Shown: in pieces, positions 21,064-30,725 of the stretch
Numbering within the stretch: position 1 is the first letter of the stretch
Layout of the letters: every line of letters starts with the position of its first letter
Assembly (NCBI GenBank): GCA_034667685.1
Contig: JAXDQU010000012.1
Span: forward strand, 1 to 64,000
DNA from: Thermoplasmata archaeon
GTDB lineage: Archaea; Thermoplasmatota; SW-10-69-26; JACQPN01; JAJPHT01
Direction of reading: 5' to 3'
Length of the DNA: 64,000 nt
Translations under genes and position numbers: made by a program
Notes under the pieces: model-generated
Told to the model about the DNA's origin: nothing
Database searches by the model: none
The model's input: the letters and a program-made list of their open reading frames with translations, nothing else

Positions 21064-22072
21064 ACGAGAGCGCGCGCCGCGCCAGCGCGGGGACGCCCGT
21101 CTCCATGCGCGCGAAGAACGGATCGTCCGTCGCGCCCTGGAGGTGCCGCGCGTAGCTCCCCTCCAGCAGGATCGCGAGCTTCCACGTGGCGAGCGCGCGG
21201 TAGAAGGGGAGGTGCGCGGCCTTGATCCCGGTGGCGGCCTCGTAGCGCTCGATGAGCTCGCTGCGCGTGGCGAAGCCCGGCGCCTCGGTCACGCGCGGCT
21301 CGAAGGGCAGGGCCGGAGGGTCTCCGCGCTCGCGCCAGAACGATAGCATCCAGCCGAGGTCGGCCAGCGGGTCGCCCAGCGTGCTCATCTCCCAGTCGAG
21401 GACCGCGACGAGCCGGCCCTCCGGGCTGAAGACCACGTTGTCCAGCTTGGAGTCGCCATGCACGAGCGTGGTGCGCGGGCTCTTGGGGACGTGCGCGGCG
21501 AGCCACGCGCCGGCCTCGCGAAGCTCCGGCACGGGGCGCTTCTTCTCGGTCCAGGGGAGCGTCATCTCCATCTGGCCGGTCCAGCGCTTGACCTGCCGCT
21601 CCAGGTAGCCCTCGGGCTTTCCGAGCTGCGCGAGCGGCGTCCCTTCCCACGAGAGATTGTGGATCTCGGCGAGGGCGTCGACGAGCTCGAAGCCGAGCCT
21701 CCTTCGCGTGGGGGCGTCGTCGAGGGCGGGCGGGAGCGCGTTGCGCACGACGAAGCCTTCGACCTTCTCCATGAGGTAGAAGGGCGCGCCCAGGACGTCG
21801 GCGTCCTCGCACGCGGCGACGGGCCGCGGCGCGCGGACCGGGGTGTCGGCGAGCGCGGCGAGGATGCGGTGCTCGCGGAGCACGTCGTGCGCGGTGGGGA
21901 GGAACGCGCCCGCGGGGGGCCGGCGCAGCACGAGGTCGCGCCCGCCCCAGCGCAGGAAGAACGTCTCGTTGCTGTGCCCGGCCTGGTGGCGCTCCAGGGA
22001 GAAGTCGTCCGCCGCGCCCAGCGTCGCCGCGAGCCACGCGCGCAGCCTGCTTTCGTCGACGAGGGCGCTCAC
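21050..22072 (-). CDS. APH-like phosphotransferase (ACAD10/11 kinase-domain type)
   Basis: GHSNETF, VLRRPP, AHDVLRE, HGDSKLDN, LDWEMSTLGDPLADL. Confidence 0.9.
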   Translation of the reverse strand: MSALVDESRLRAWLAATLGAADDFSLERHQAGHSNETFFLRWGGRDLVLRRPPAGAFLPTAHDVLREHRILAALADTPVRAPRPVAACEDADVLGAPFYLMEKVEGFVVRNALPPALDDAPTRRRLGFELVDALAEIHNLSWEGTPLAQLGKPEGYLERQVKRWTGQMEMTLPWTEKKRPVPELREAGAWLAAHVPKSPRTTLVHGDSKLDNVVFSPEGRLVAVLDWEMSTLGDPLADLGWMLSFWRERGDPPALPFEPRVTEAPGFATRSELIERYEAATGIKAAHLPFYRALATWKLAILLEGSYARHLQGATDDPFFARMETGVPALARRALSFRAP

Positions 22073-23253
22073 GCGATCGACCCCGGCGCGGGGCGGCTCG
22101 ATCCGCGCTCGCGCGTCGCATTCAGCACGCCGCGGGCGATGCTCATCTGGTGGACCTCGTCGGGCCCGTCGTAGATGCGGGCGGCGCGCGCGTCGCGCCA
22201 GAGCCGGGCGAGCGGCGTGTCCTCGCTGTAGCCCAGCGCGCCGTGGATCTGGATCGCGCGGTCGGCGATGCGTTGCAGCGCGTTGGCGACGTGGACCTTC
22301 AGCATCGCGATCTCCTGGCGGTGCGGCAGGCCCTGGTCGATCTTCCACGCGGCGTGCATCACGACGAGGCGCGCGAGGTGCAGCTCGGTGGCCGAGTCCG
22401 CGATCATCCACTGGACGGCCTCCTTCTCCGCGAGCGGCCCGCCGAACGCCTCGCGCTCCAGCGCGCGCCGGCTCGCGAGGTCCAGCGCGCGCTGCGCCGC
22501 GCCGATCCAGCGCATGGCGTGCGCGATGCGGCCGCCGCCGAGCCGGTGCTGCGCGTGCTCCAGCCCGTGCCCTTCGACGCCGAGCAGTTCGCCGCGCGCG
22601 CCATCCAGCGCGACCTCGCCGTGGCCGCCGGGCGCGTGCGTTCCCATGACGGGCACGTCGCGCACGAGCTTCCAGCCAGGGTCCTGTGCGTCCACGAGGA
22701 AGAGGCTGAATCCTTCGCCCGTGCGCGCGACCGTGATCGCAAATGCGGCGCCGCGCGCGCCGGTGATGAACCACTTCTCGCCGCGGAGGCGCCACGCGTC
22801 CCCGTCGCGCGTCGCGGTGGTGCGCAGCCCGCGCGGGTCGGCGCCGGCCGCCTTCTCCGTCATGGCGAAGCACGAGCGGATGCGCCCCTCGGCGAGCGGC
22901 TTGAGCCAGCGCTGCTGCTGGGCCGGCGTCCCGAACGATAGCAGCGTGTGCATGTTGCCCTCGTCGGGCGCGCTGCAGTTGAGCGCCAGGGGCGCCAGGG
23001 AGGAGGCGCCAAGCTCCTGCGAGACGAGCGCCATCCCGACGGTGGAGAGACCCAGCCCGCCCCATTCGCGCGGCAGGTGCGGCGTCCAGAGCCCGGCGGC
23101 GCGCGCCTTGGCCCGCAGCGCCTCCACGACGCGCGCGTCCGGCTCGCGGTCCAGGTCCATCTGCGCCTCCGCGGGGATCGCCTCGCGCGCGACGAACGCG
23201 GCGACGCGCTGGCGCAGCGCCTCCAGGTCGTCGGGCACCGCGAAGTCGATCAC
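22069..23253 (-). CDS. Acyl-CoA dehydrogenase (ACAD10/11-like)
   Basis: NCSAPDEGNM, CFAMTE, GEKWFITG, RIYDGPDEVH. Confidence 0.93.
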   Translation of the reverse strand: MIDFAVPDDLEALRQRVAAFVAREAIPAEAQMDLDREPDARVVEALRAKARAAGLWTPHLPREWGGLGLSTVGMALVSQELGASSLAPLALNCSAPDEGNMHTLLSFGTPAQQQRWLKPLAEGRIRSCFAMTEKAAGADPRGLRTTATRDGDAWRLRGEKWFITGARGAAFAITVARTGEGFSLFLVDAQDPGWKLVRDVPVMGTHAPGGHGEVALDGARGELLGVEGHGLEHAQHRLGGGRIAHAMRWIGAAQRALDLASRRALEREAFGGPLAEKEAVQWMIADSATELHLARLVVMHAAWKIDQGLPHRQEIAMLKVHVANALQRIADRAIQIHGALGYSEDTPLARLWRDARAARIYDGPDEVHQMSIARGVLNATRERGSSRPAPGSIA

Positions 23254-24290
23254 GCGCCGCCCCCGCGCTGCTGCGCCTCGAACCAGCGCACGGCATCGCG
23301 CTGCACCAGGAAGACGATGGCGAGGACGTTGAGCGCGGGGATCACGAGCGTCGTGATGGCGAACGCCGCGCCCACCCCGAAGAGCGCGACCATGGCCCAG
23401 CGCGTCCACGCGACGCCGCGCAGGCCTTGTGTCCCGGCGACGATGCCCATCACGCCGAACGCCGCGAGCGCGAGGGCGGCCAGCGCGCCAAGCTCCGCGG
23501 TGGGTGGCCCCGGGTAGGGCAGGGCTCCGGCGAAGCTCGCGTAGATGAGGAGCGCGAACGCGCTGACGCAGCCGATGGCGCCCAGCACGATCGAGAGCAC
23601 GCACGCGAAGGTGACGCCGCCCGGCCGCGTCGTCGGCGCGGGATGCGCGGCGACGGGCGGCGCGAGGGCCCAGGAGGGGGCGCGCGCCGCCGTCCCGCAT
23701 TGCGTGCAGAACGCCGCGCCGGGCGGCAACGGCGCGCCACACGAGGCGCAGAACGCCGACGCGGGGGAGGCGGGGGGAGGCGCGGGGGCGGCGGGGGCGC
23801 CGGTCTGGTAGGTCGCGAGCGGCCGGCCGTAGTGCGTCTCGGTGCCGCGGTACGCGAGGCCGAGGCGCGCCAGGACGGCGAGGCTGCGCGCGTTGCCCGG
23901 ATCGACCACGGCCACGATGCGCGGCAGGCCGATCTCCTCGAAGCCCCAGCGCACGACGCGCCGCGCCGCCTCCGTCGCGTACCCCTTGCCCCAGGCGGCG
24001 CGCGCGAGGCCATAGTAGACCTCCACCTCCTGCGAGTCCTCCAGCGGCATGAGCCCCACCCAGCCCACGACCTCGCCGCTGGCCTTCTCCACGATGGCGA
24101 AGTGGCGCCGCTGCGGATCCGCGCCCGAAAGCCGCCGCTGGAACGCCGCGCGCGCCTGCTCCGTCGTGAGCGGCTGGCCGCCGGGCAGATGGCGCATGAC
24201 CTCGGCGTCCTGCACCAGCCGCAGGTAGGCGGGCTCGTCCTGCGGCTCGTAGGGACGCAGGAGCAGGCGCTCGGTCTCCAGGGTGGTCAT
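23250..24290 (-). CDS. RimJ/RimL-type GNAT acetyltransferase fused to a zinc-ribbon and TM domain
   Basis: LETERLLLRP, WGKGYATEA, NARSLAVL; CASC...CTQC; four TM helices. Confidence 0.8.
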   Translation of the reverse strand: MTTLETERLLLRPYEPQDEPAYLRLVQDAEVMRHLPGGQPLTTEQARAAFQRRLSGADPQRRHFAIVEKASGEVVGWVGLMPLEDSQEVEVYYGLARAAWGKGYATEAARRVVRWGFEEIGLPRIVAVVDPGNARSLAVLARLGLAYRGTETHYGRPLATYQTGAPAAPAPPPASPASAFCASCGAPLPPGAAFCTQCGTAARAPSWALAPPVAAHPAPTTRPGGVTFACVLSIVLGAIGCVSAFALLIYASFAGALPYPGPPTAELGALAALALAAFGVMGIVAGTQGLRGVAWTRWAMVALFGVGAAFAITTLVIPALNVLAIVFLVQRDAVRWFEAQQRGGGA

Positions 24291-24305
24291 TGACCCCGAG
24301 GAGGC

Positions 24306-25223
24306 TCAACCGTATGTGAAGGTAGTGCAATGGCTCGTGTAGCCGTCATCGAAGCACAGCTTCGTCGGATACGCGCTCGCAGGGATCTCAAAAGCGAGTT
24401 CCCCTTCGAGCGCACCTCCGGCATCCACGTCTCCATCCTGCATCGCACGCGGAAGGGAGTACGTCGCGCTGTCGTAGTCCCGGCTGACGCCGTCCGACGA
24501 GGAGAGCTTGAAGTCAAAGGGATTGACGTTGAACGTCTTCTGCCCGGCGTTCTTGACGGTCAGGTCCACGGTCACGAACTTGTGCCCGGTCTGGGCGCAA
24601 CTGTAGCCGATGCAGTCTCGGTGGTCGGATCCAAGGCTCTCGAACATGGCGCAGTACCGGGCGCCCGCGCAATCGTCCTGATGATAACTTGAGGGGTTCT
24701 GATTGGGGGAAGCGGGCGTGGGGGATCCGCCGGGGGGGCTTGCGGGCGTCGAGCTCACGGGCGACGCGCTTGAGTCTCCCGGCGCCGGAGACGTCGGGCT
24801 CCCCACCGATGCGCCTTGGGCCTGGACGGCTGAGGACGTGCCGGAATCGCCGGTGCTCCCGGGACGGGAAGGCGCGCTCCCCGCGATGGCGAGGAGCACA
24901 AGACTGACGGCGAGCGCGCCGGAGAGGTGCTTGGCCCACGGCCGCGTTGCCTTTGGAAGGAGAAGACACACCGCGACAATGAGGCCGAGGAGCGCGAAAG
25001 GACCGAGCACGTCCGCGGTCGCGGTATCGTGGCTCGCCAGCCCTGCCAACATGATGATGCCGGCCCCGGCGACCATGAGCCAAAGAAACTTCGCCCAGCG
25101 AGGAGTCGGCCGTTTGCTCGGCGCTGGTTCCGGGGGCACGACGAGGGGAAGTTGGGCACCGCAGCGACCACAGAACCGTTCGCCAGGCTGGCCTTGGGCC
25201 CCGCAGTTACCGCATTGGGTCAT
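24306..25223 (-). CDS. Zinc-ribbon + TM + DUF4352-like Ig-fold protein
   Basis: CGNC...CGRC, three TM, S/P linker, FVTVDLTVKN...NPFDFKL...GELAFEIP; lower-GC codons. Confidence 0.75.
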   Translation of the reverse strand: MTQCGNCGAQGQPGERFCGRCGAQLPLVVPPEPAPSKRPTPRWAKFLWLMVAGAGIIMLAGLASHDTATADVLGPFALLGLIVAVCLLLPKATRPWAKHLSGALAVSLVLLAIAGSAPSRPGSTGDSGTSSAVQAQGASVGSPTSPAPGDSSASPVSSTPASPPGGSPTPASPNQNPSSYHQDDCAGARYCAMFESLGSDHRDCIGYSCAQTGHKFVTVDLTVKNAGQKTFNVNPFDFKLSSSDGVSRDYDSATYSLPRAMQDGDVDAGGALEGELAFEIPASAYPTKLCFDDGYTSHCTTFTYG

Positions 25224-25268
25224 GGGAGGAAGAGGGTCGCAGAGGTAACATGATTTCTGGAGTTGTCC

Positions 25269-27701
25269 TCAGGAGAGGGATTCAAGAACCACCTGAGAGG
25301 TCCCATCCTCCAAAGCTTCGACGCGCAGCACGGTCTCCGCGGCGTCCTTCACGTCGCCCACGTGCGTGATGATGAGGATCTGGCGGAAGTGCCCCGTGAG
25401 CCCCTTGAGGGCGAGGAGGATGTTCTGCTTGCGGATCTCGTCCTGGCTGCCGAAGATCTCGTCGAGCGCGAGGAAGCCGAAGCCCTCGGTGCCGGCGCGC
25501 TCGGCGACGACCTGCGAGACGGCGAGGCGCAGGCACAGGTTCGCCAGGTCGCCCTCGCCGCCGCTGAAGCGCGCCAGCTCGAAGTGCTGCCCTTCGTCGA
25601 GGACGCGCAGGCCGTAGTCCTCCGCGACCTCGAGGTCGGCGTAGCGCCCCTCGGTCATCTCGCGGAAGAGGCGGCCCGCGTGGTTCGACAGCAGCGGCCG
25701 GAGCCGGCCGATGAGGTGGTCCTTGAACTCGGGCAGGAGCCCCTGCTCGCGGTCGCCCGCCAGCAGCTCGAGCAGCGTCACGCGCGCCGCGAGCGCCTCG
25801 GCCTGCTTCGCGAGCGCCTCCTGCTGCGCGATCTGCGCCTGCGCGGCGCGCGCCGTCTCCGCGAGGCGCGCCAGCTCGCCCTGGACGCGCTCGCGGGTGA
25901 CGCGCGCCTCGGTCAACCGCCCCTCGGCCGACGCGGCCGCCGTCTCCGCCGCGGCGTGCGCGGCCTCGTCGAAGCCCAGCGCGTCGCGAGCCTGCGTGGC
26001 GGCCGCGCGCTGGGCCTCGGCCTCGGCCGCCGAGAGCGCAAGCTCGCCCAGGAGCGCCACGAGGTCCGTCTCGCGCTCGGCCTGCGCGCAGAGCGCCGCG
26101 TGCCGGCGCGCGTCCGCGTCGAGCGCCTGCGCCAGCGCGCGGGCGGCCTGCTCGGCGGCCGCGTCGTAGGGCTCCTCGCCCAGCGCCGCGGCCTGGCCCG
26201 CGAGGCGCTCGTGGCGCGCGCGGGCATCGACGACGCGCGCCTGGAGCCCGGCGAGGCGCGTCTCGTCGGCCACCAGCTTGTCGAGCTTGACGCGCAGCTC
26301 CTTCTCGCGCTCCGCGAGCGCCGCGAGGCCGGCGCGCCCCTTCGCCTCGTCGTCGCGCAGCTTCGCCAGCGCGAGGCCCATCTCGGTGAGCGCGGCGCGG
26401 TGCGCGTCGATCTCGACGCCGAAGCCGTGGAGCAGCTCGCCGTGGTGCTCGCGCAGCGGCCGCGTGCAGGTGGGGCAGGGCGTCTCGGGGCCCATCTCGC
26501 GGATGCGCTTCGCCTTGGCCTCCGCCTCGTTCAGCTGGCGCGCGCGCTCCTTCCGCGAGGCCTCGACCCCGCTGGCCTGCTGCACGGCGGCGTCGTACGC
26601 GGCCTGCGTCTGCGGGCGCTGCGTCGCGACGCGGTCGGCCAGCGCGCGCACGGTGCCCAGCGCGGCGAGACGCTCCTGGGCCTGCGCGATCTCCGTCTCG
26701 GCGGCCTGCGCGTCGGCCAGGGCGCGCGTCATCTCCGCGCGCACCCGCGCGAGCTCCTCGTGCTTGACGCGCCGCGCCGCGAGCGCTTCGAGCCGCGCCT
26801 TGGCCTCGGGGATCTGCGCCAGGCGCGGGGCGAGCGCGTCGGCCTGCGCGGCGGCCTCGCGCGCCTTGGCGAGCTCCGCGGCGCGCGTCTGCTGCTGGGC
26901 GGCCAGGTGCCCCACGCGCTGCTCGGCGAGCCGGATCGCCGCGAGGACGAGCTTGTGCTCCTCCGCGCGCTTCCGGCCGGCGTCGCGGACTTCGCGGAGC
27001 GACTCGACCTCCTCGACGAGCTGCGCGATGCGCGCCTCCGCTTCCGCGACGCGCGCGCGGGCGGCCTCGCTTTCGATCTGCGCGCGCTGGACCGACTCGG
27101 CGAGCGCGGCCGGGTCGACCAGCGCGCTGCGCACGCCCGCCAGGTGCGCGCGGGCCTCGCGGCGCTGCGTGCGCGCGAGCTGGATCGCGCCGTCCACCGC
27201 GTCGAGGCGCAGCAGGCCGATGAGCAGCCGCTTGCGGTCGGAGGCCTTGGCGTCCGTGAGCGCGGAAAGCTCGCGCTGCCTTGCCACGAGCGTCGTGAAG
27301 AACGCCTCGCGGTCCATGTGGAAGAGGCGCTCCACGTAGGCCGTCGCCTCCTTGCTCGACGCGGCGCCGGGCGGCACGACGAGCTTGCCGTCCACCTTCA
27401 CGGAGGCGACGTGCGCCTCGGACTTCCCGAGCAATTCGCGCACGACCTCGTAGGTGTGCGCGCCGAAGCGGAACTGGAGCAGCACGCGCACGTCGTCGCC
27501 CGGCGCGGCCCCCCGGCGCTTGATGAGGTCCTTGCCCGTCCTCGCGGCGTCGTGCCCGTAGAGGCACCAGCCCACGCTCTCCAGCAGCGTGCTCTTGCCC
27601 GCGCCATTGCGGCCCACGAGCGCGATGACGCCGTCGGGCAGCTCGAGGTCGACGAACTTGAACCGCCGGAAGTTCTGGATGCGGAGGCGGTCGATCCTCA
27701 T
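25269..27701 (-). CDS. rad50: DNA double-strand break repair ATPase Rad50
   Basis: GRNGAGKST, Q-loop, CPTC zinc hook, FSGGE, LALDE, IITH; GGAGG RBS before MRID. Confidence 0.93.
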   Translation of the reverse strand: MRIDRLRIQNFRRFKFVDLELPDGVIALVGRNGAGKSTLLESVGWCLYGHDAARTGKDLIKRRGAAPGDDVRVLLQFRFGAHTYEVVRELLGKSEAHVASVKVDGKLVVPPGAASSKEATAYVERLFHMDREAFFTTLVARQRELSALTDAKASDRKRLLIGLLRLDAVDGAIQLARTQRREARAHLAGVRSALVDPAALAESVQRAQIESEAARARVAEAEARIAQLVEEVESLREVRDAGRKRAEEHKLVLAAIRLAEQRVGHLAAQQQTRAAELAKAREAAAQADALAPRLAQIPEAKARLEALAARRVKHEELARVRAEMTRALADAQAAETEIAQAQERLAALGTVRALADRVATQRPQTQAAYDAAVQQASGVEASRKERARQLNEAEAKAKRIREMGPETPCPTCTRPLREHHGELLHGFGVEIDAHRAALTEMGLALAKLRDDEAKGRAGLAALAEREKELRVKLDKLVADETRLAGLQARVVDARARHERLAGQAAALGEEPYDAAAEQAARALAQALDADARRHAALCAQAERETDLVALLGELALSAAEAEAQRAAATQARDALGFDEAAHAAAETAAASAEGRLTEARVTRERVQGELARLAETARAAQAQIAQQEALAKQAEALAARVTLLELLAGDREQGLLPEFKDHLIGRLRPLLSNHAGRLFREMTEGRYADLEVAEDYGLRVLDEGQHFELARFSGGEGDLANLCLRLAVSQVVAERAGTEGFGFLALDEIFGSQDEIRKQNILLALKGLTGHFRQILIITHVGDVKDAAETVLRVEALEDGTSQVVLESLS

Positions 27702-27726
27702 CCGCGACACTCCTCCCAGCGTCTTG

Positions 27727-27808
27727 CTCCAGCCACAGAGGACACAGAGGCCACAGAGGATGATTTGTCTCTCGTCCTCTGTGGCCTCTGTGTCCTCTGT
27801 GGCTGGAG
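27727..27808. repeat. Nonamer palindrome (CACAGAGG(A/C) units), perfect 34-bp arms
   Basis: 27727-27760 is the exact reverse complement of 27775-27808. Confidence 0.95.
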
Positions 27809-27825
27809 GGAGACAGGCCATGCCA

Positions 27826-28944
27826 TCATTTGGGATCCCCGCCTGCCGCGCTCGCCAGCAATGCCTTCGCCTCGCGGAGCACCGCGTCCCGGTCCGCGCC
27901 GAGCGTCCGCTGGGAGAGGAAGCCTTCGAACTCGTCTTCGAGCGAGCCCAGCGCGGCGGAGACGACGCCCGCGTTCTCGCGGCGCACGATCTCGGGCTGG
28001 AGGTCGAAGTGGAACGCGCCCTGCGTGAGCTGCTTGACGCGGCGGAAGTCCAGCGTGGCGTGGACGTGCGCCGGGATGCCGGTGACGCGCAGCCGCGCGA
28101 TGGCGTCCTGGAGGTCGGCGGCCCCGAGCGCGTCGTACACCGCGCCGGGGGCGTCGGCCTCGGCCATGCCCTCGCAGCGCACCGGGGGCAGCATCTCCAT
28201 GCGGCGCGCGGGGAGCGAGAGCGGCGTCACGGTGCCGCGCGCCAGGTCGACGAGGTTGACGCTCTTCGTCTCGCCGCATTCCTTGAACGTGCAGCGCTCC
28301 GTGCTGCCCGCGTACCAGACCTTGGGCGCCACCTCGACCGCGCGGTGGTAGTGCCCGAGCGCCACGTAGTCCATCCCCGGGGGAATCTCGTTCTGCGGGA
28401 CGACCTGCTCGTGGAACTCGCCCGTCCTGAAGTCGCCCACGCCCACGACGCCCGCGTGCAGCGCGGCCACGTTCCAGCGCGCGCCCTCCGCCGGGCGCAC
28501 GGCGCGCAGCTGCGCCAGGAGCGCGTCGTTGTCCGCGGCGTGCGGGGTCGCGTGGATCGCCAGGTCGCCGACGCGCACCACCTCGGTCTTGCCCTTGTAG
28601 ACCGCGCGCACGCCCGGGATGAACTCCAGGAGGCGCAGCACCGCGCCCGTCTCGCGCAGCCTCGGGGCCTCGTGGTTTCCCGAGATCACGACGAAGGGAA
28701 TGCCCGCCTCATGCAGCCGGCGGCACTGGTCCATGACGTGGTGCAGGGCGCGGTTCGTGGGGCGCACGCTATCAAACAGGTCGCCGCTGTGGAGCACGAC
28801 GTCGACGCGCTTCTCGAGCGCGACGTCGATGGCGCGGCGGAAGGCGTCGAAGAAGTCCTGCTCGCGGGCGTTCAGTCCCTCTGGTGTTACCCGGCTGTAG
28901 GCCGCGAATCCGACGTGGGTGTCGCTGACGTGGAGGAGCTTCAT
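27826..28944 (-). CDS. mre11: DNA repair nuclease Mre11
   Basis: SDTHVG, SGDLFD, SGNHE, LH, ALGHYH, YAGSTE. Confidence 0.93.
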   Translation of the reverse strand: MKLLHVSDTHVGFAAYSRVTPEGLNAREQDFFDAFRRAIDVALEKRVDVVLHSGDLFDSVRPTNRALHHVMDQCRRLHEAGIPFVVISGNHEAPRLRETGAVLRLLEFIPGVRAVYKGKTEVVRVGDLAIHATPHAADNDALLAQLRAVRPAEGARWNVAALHAGVVGVGDFRTGEFHEQVVPQNEIPPGMDYVALGHYHRAVEVAPKVWYAGSTERCTFKECGETKSVNLVDLARGTVTPLSLPARRMEMLPPVRCEGMAEADAPGAVYDALGAADLQDAIARLRVTGIPAHVHATLDFRRVKQLTQGAFHFDLQPEIVRRENAGVVSAALGSLEDEFEGFLSQRTLGADRDAVLREAKALLASAAGGDPK

Positions 28945-28964
28945 GGTGCGGCCTTCCCGTCCGG

Positions 28965-29060
28965 GCCGCCTCTGGCGGGGAAACCGCGGAATCTCCGAAT
29001 CTCCGAATCACGCGGAGATTCTGGGATGCCGAGATTCCGTCCTTTTCCGCCGGAGGCGGC
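28965..29060. repeat. Palindrome with GCCGCCTCYGGCGG ends and GAATCTCC inner units
   Basis: Terminal inverted repeats; half-copy at 41433-41469. Confidence 0.85.
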
Positions 29061-29068
29061 TGGAAGCG

Positions 29069-30643
29069 TCAGTAGAAGTCCTCCCCCACCTTCTCGCGCA
29101 CGGGCACCGCGGCCTCGACCACCACGGGCGTCTTGGCGAGCCGCTCCACGTAGTCCTCGAAGAGGTGGACCTGCGCGGGGATCGCGAAGGGCGCGTAGGG
29201 GCTCGTGATCAGCACCTCGCCGGGCATCAGCGTCTGGATCTCGTTCTCCAGGGACGCGACGTCCTGCTTGGCGCTGTCCTTGAGCGTCTGGCGGTCCTGG
29301 GCGTCGGCGAGGCCCATGATGAAGAGCGTGTTGAACTGGCTCAGGCATTCGCGGTCGACGAGCTTGGGCTGCTGCGTGATGGCGCAGAGGCCGGTCTTGA
29401 ACTTCCTGCCTTCGCGCGCGATCTGGGCGAAGACGTTGGACGCGCTGGCCTTGCCGAGGACGCGTTGCGCCTCTTCGAGCGTGATGAGGATCGGCGGCAC
29501 GTCGTCGAAGCCGTCCTCCGCGAAGAGGCGCTTGTTCTCCTCGAAGACGGCCCGCGCGAGCACGCTGTTGACGAGAAGCTCTTCGGCCTCGGAGAGGCCG
29601 CCGGTGTCCACGAGGACGACCTTGCCTTCGTGGAGCTCGCGGATGACGTTCTTCGTGACGCTGACCTTCTCGTCGCGGTGGACGAGGCCGCTGCGGAAGA
29701 GGCGCGCGATGCGGCGCTTCACGACGCTGATGCTGCCCTCGTGGAAGTTGGGCAGGTCGTTCTTGAGGTCGGCCGGACTGCGGTCGTGGATGTCGGCGAG
29801 CCAGCTCCCGCCGTAGCGCCAGCGCGCGGCGTCGAGCAGCTCGCCCTGGGGGCCGGAGAACTCGAAGAGTTGCTTGAGGTCGGGGATCTCGATCTCGTGC
29901 GCGCTCACCTGGAGCTTGGTGTAGCTGCCCTTGAGCGGTCGCGTGGCGTAGACGCGCAGGTTGCGCGCGGCGAGCGGGTGGTGCTTGAGGCCGAGTTGGC
30001 TCGCGCGCCCCGCGCCGTCGTAGTACTCGCCGTGCGGGTCCACGATGAGGAGGCCGTAGCGCCCCGTGTTCATGACGCTGGCCGCGAGCACGCGCATGAG
30101 GTTCGACTTGCCCATGCCGGTGGTGGCGAAGACGCCGACGTGGTACGGGAAGCTCACGTGCCCCTTGATGCCCACGGGGAACGGCACGGTCGTCTCGCCG
30201 CTGCGGAGATAGCCGACCTCGACGTCGCCCATGTCCTCGCGCAGGAAGGCGTAGTCCGTCTCGTTGGCGCGGCGGACCTTGGCGAAGTGCGCGGGGAGCG
30301 TCTTGGCCTTGCGGAAGCGGCCCCCCTTGACGTAGCCGAGCGGGACGGCGACGCCCACCCGGTAGAGGCGCGTGGTCTCGTCCCAGAAGTTGGCGGGGTC
30401 CCAGCGGCCGGCCTCCTCCAGCGTCATCATGCGGCCGGCCATGCGGGCGGCCAATTCGGGCTCGCCTTCGAGGCCGAAGCGCACGTCGGTGACGCGCATC
30501 AGGAGGGGGACGCTCTGCGCCGGGTCTTCCGCGACGAGCAGGTCGCCGACGCAGACCTCGGCGTCGTGCGGGCAGCGGAACGTCAGCTCCAGGACGCTGT
30601 TGCCGGTGATCCTGCCCTGGACGTCGTTCAGGCGCGACCCCAT
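29069..30643 (-). CDS. herA: HerA-family helicase/translocase
   Basis: HVGVFATTGMGKSN, DPHGEY, LEEAQ, IAREGRKF, TQQP; upstream of mre11. Confidence 0.9.
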   Translation of the reverse strand: MGSRLNDVQGRITGNSVLELTFRCPHDAEVCVGDLLVAEDPAQSVPLLMRVTDVRFGLEGEPELAARMAGRMMTLEEAGRWDPANFWDETTRLYRVGVAVPLGYVKGGRFRKAKTLPAHFAKVRRANETDYAFLREDMGDVEVGYLRSGETTVPFPVGIKGHVSFPYHVGVFATTGMGKSNLMRVLAASVMNTGRYGLLIVDPHGEYYDGAGRASQLGLKHHPLAARNLRVYATRPLKGSYTKLQVSAHEIEIPDLKQLFEFSGPQGELLDAARWRYGGSWLADIHDRSPADLKNDLPNFHEGSISVVKRRIARLFRSGLVHRDEKVSVTKNVIRELHEGKVVLVDTGGLSEAEELLVNSVLARAVFEENKRLFAEDGFDDVPPILITLEEAQRVLGKASASNVFAQIAREGRKFKTGLCAITQQPKLVDRECLSQFNTLFIMGLADAQDRQTLKDSAKQDVASLENEIQTLMPGEVLITSPYAPFAIPAQVHLFEDYVERLAKTPVVVEAAVPVREKVGEDFY

Positions 30644-30725
30644 GCGGCAGGCTAAGCCGCTTCACATCTTCATGATGGAGGGCTGGCCGAAACGAAGGTG
30701 GGTTGCGCGTGGAGCGCGTGGAGCC

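Noticed and set aside
27702-27821. N-terminal extension of Rad50 (ATEDTEATED...LCGLCVLCG) in the ORF track
   Set aside because: It is the translation of the nonamer palindrome; the RBS and family start are at 27701.
25269-30643. Novel defence system (HerA + nuclease + SMC-like ATPase)
   Set aside because: Motifs and gene order match the housekeeping archaeal HerA-Mre11-Rad50 repair cluster.
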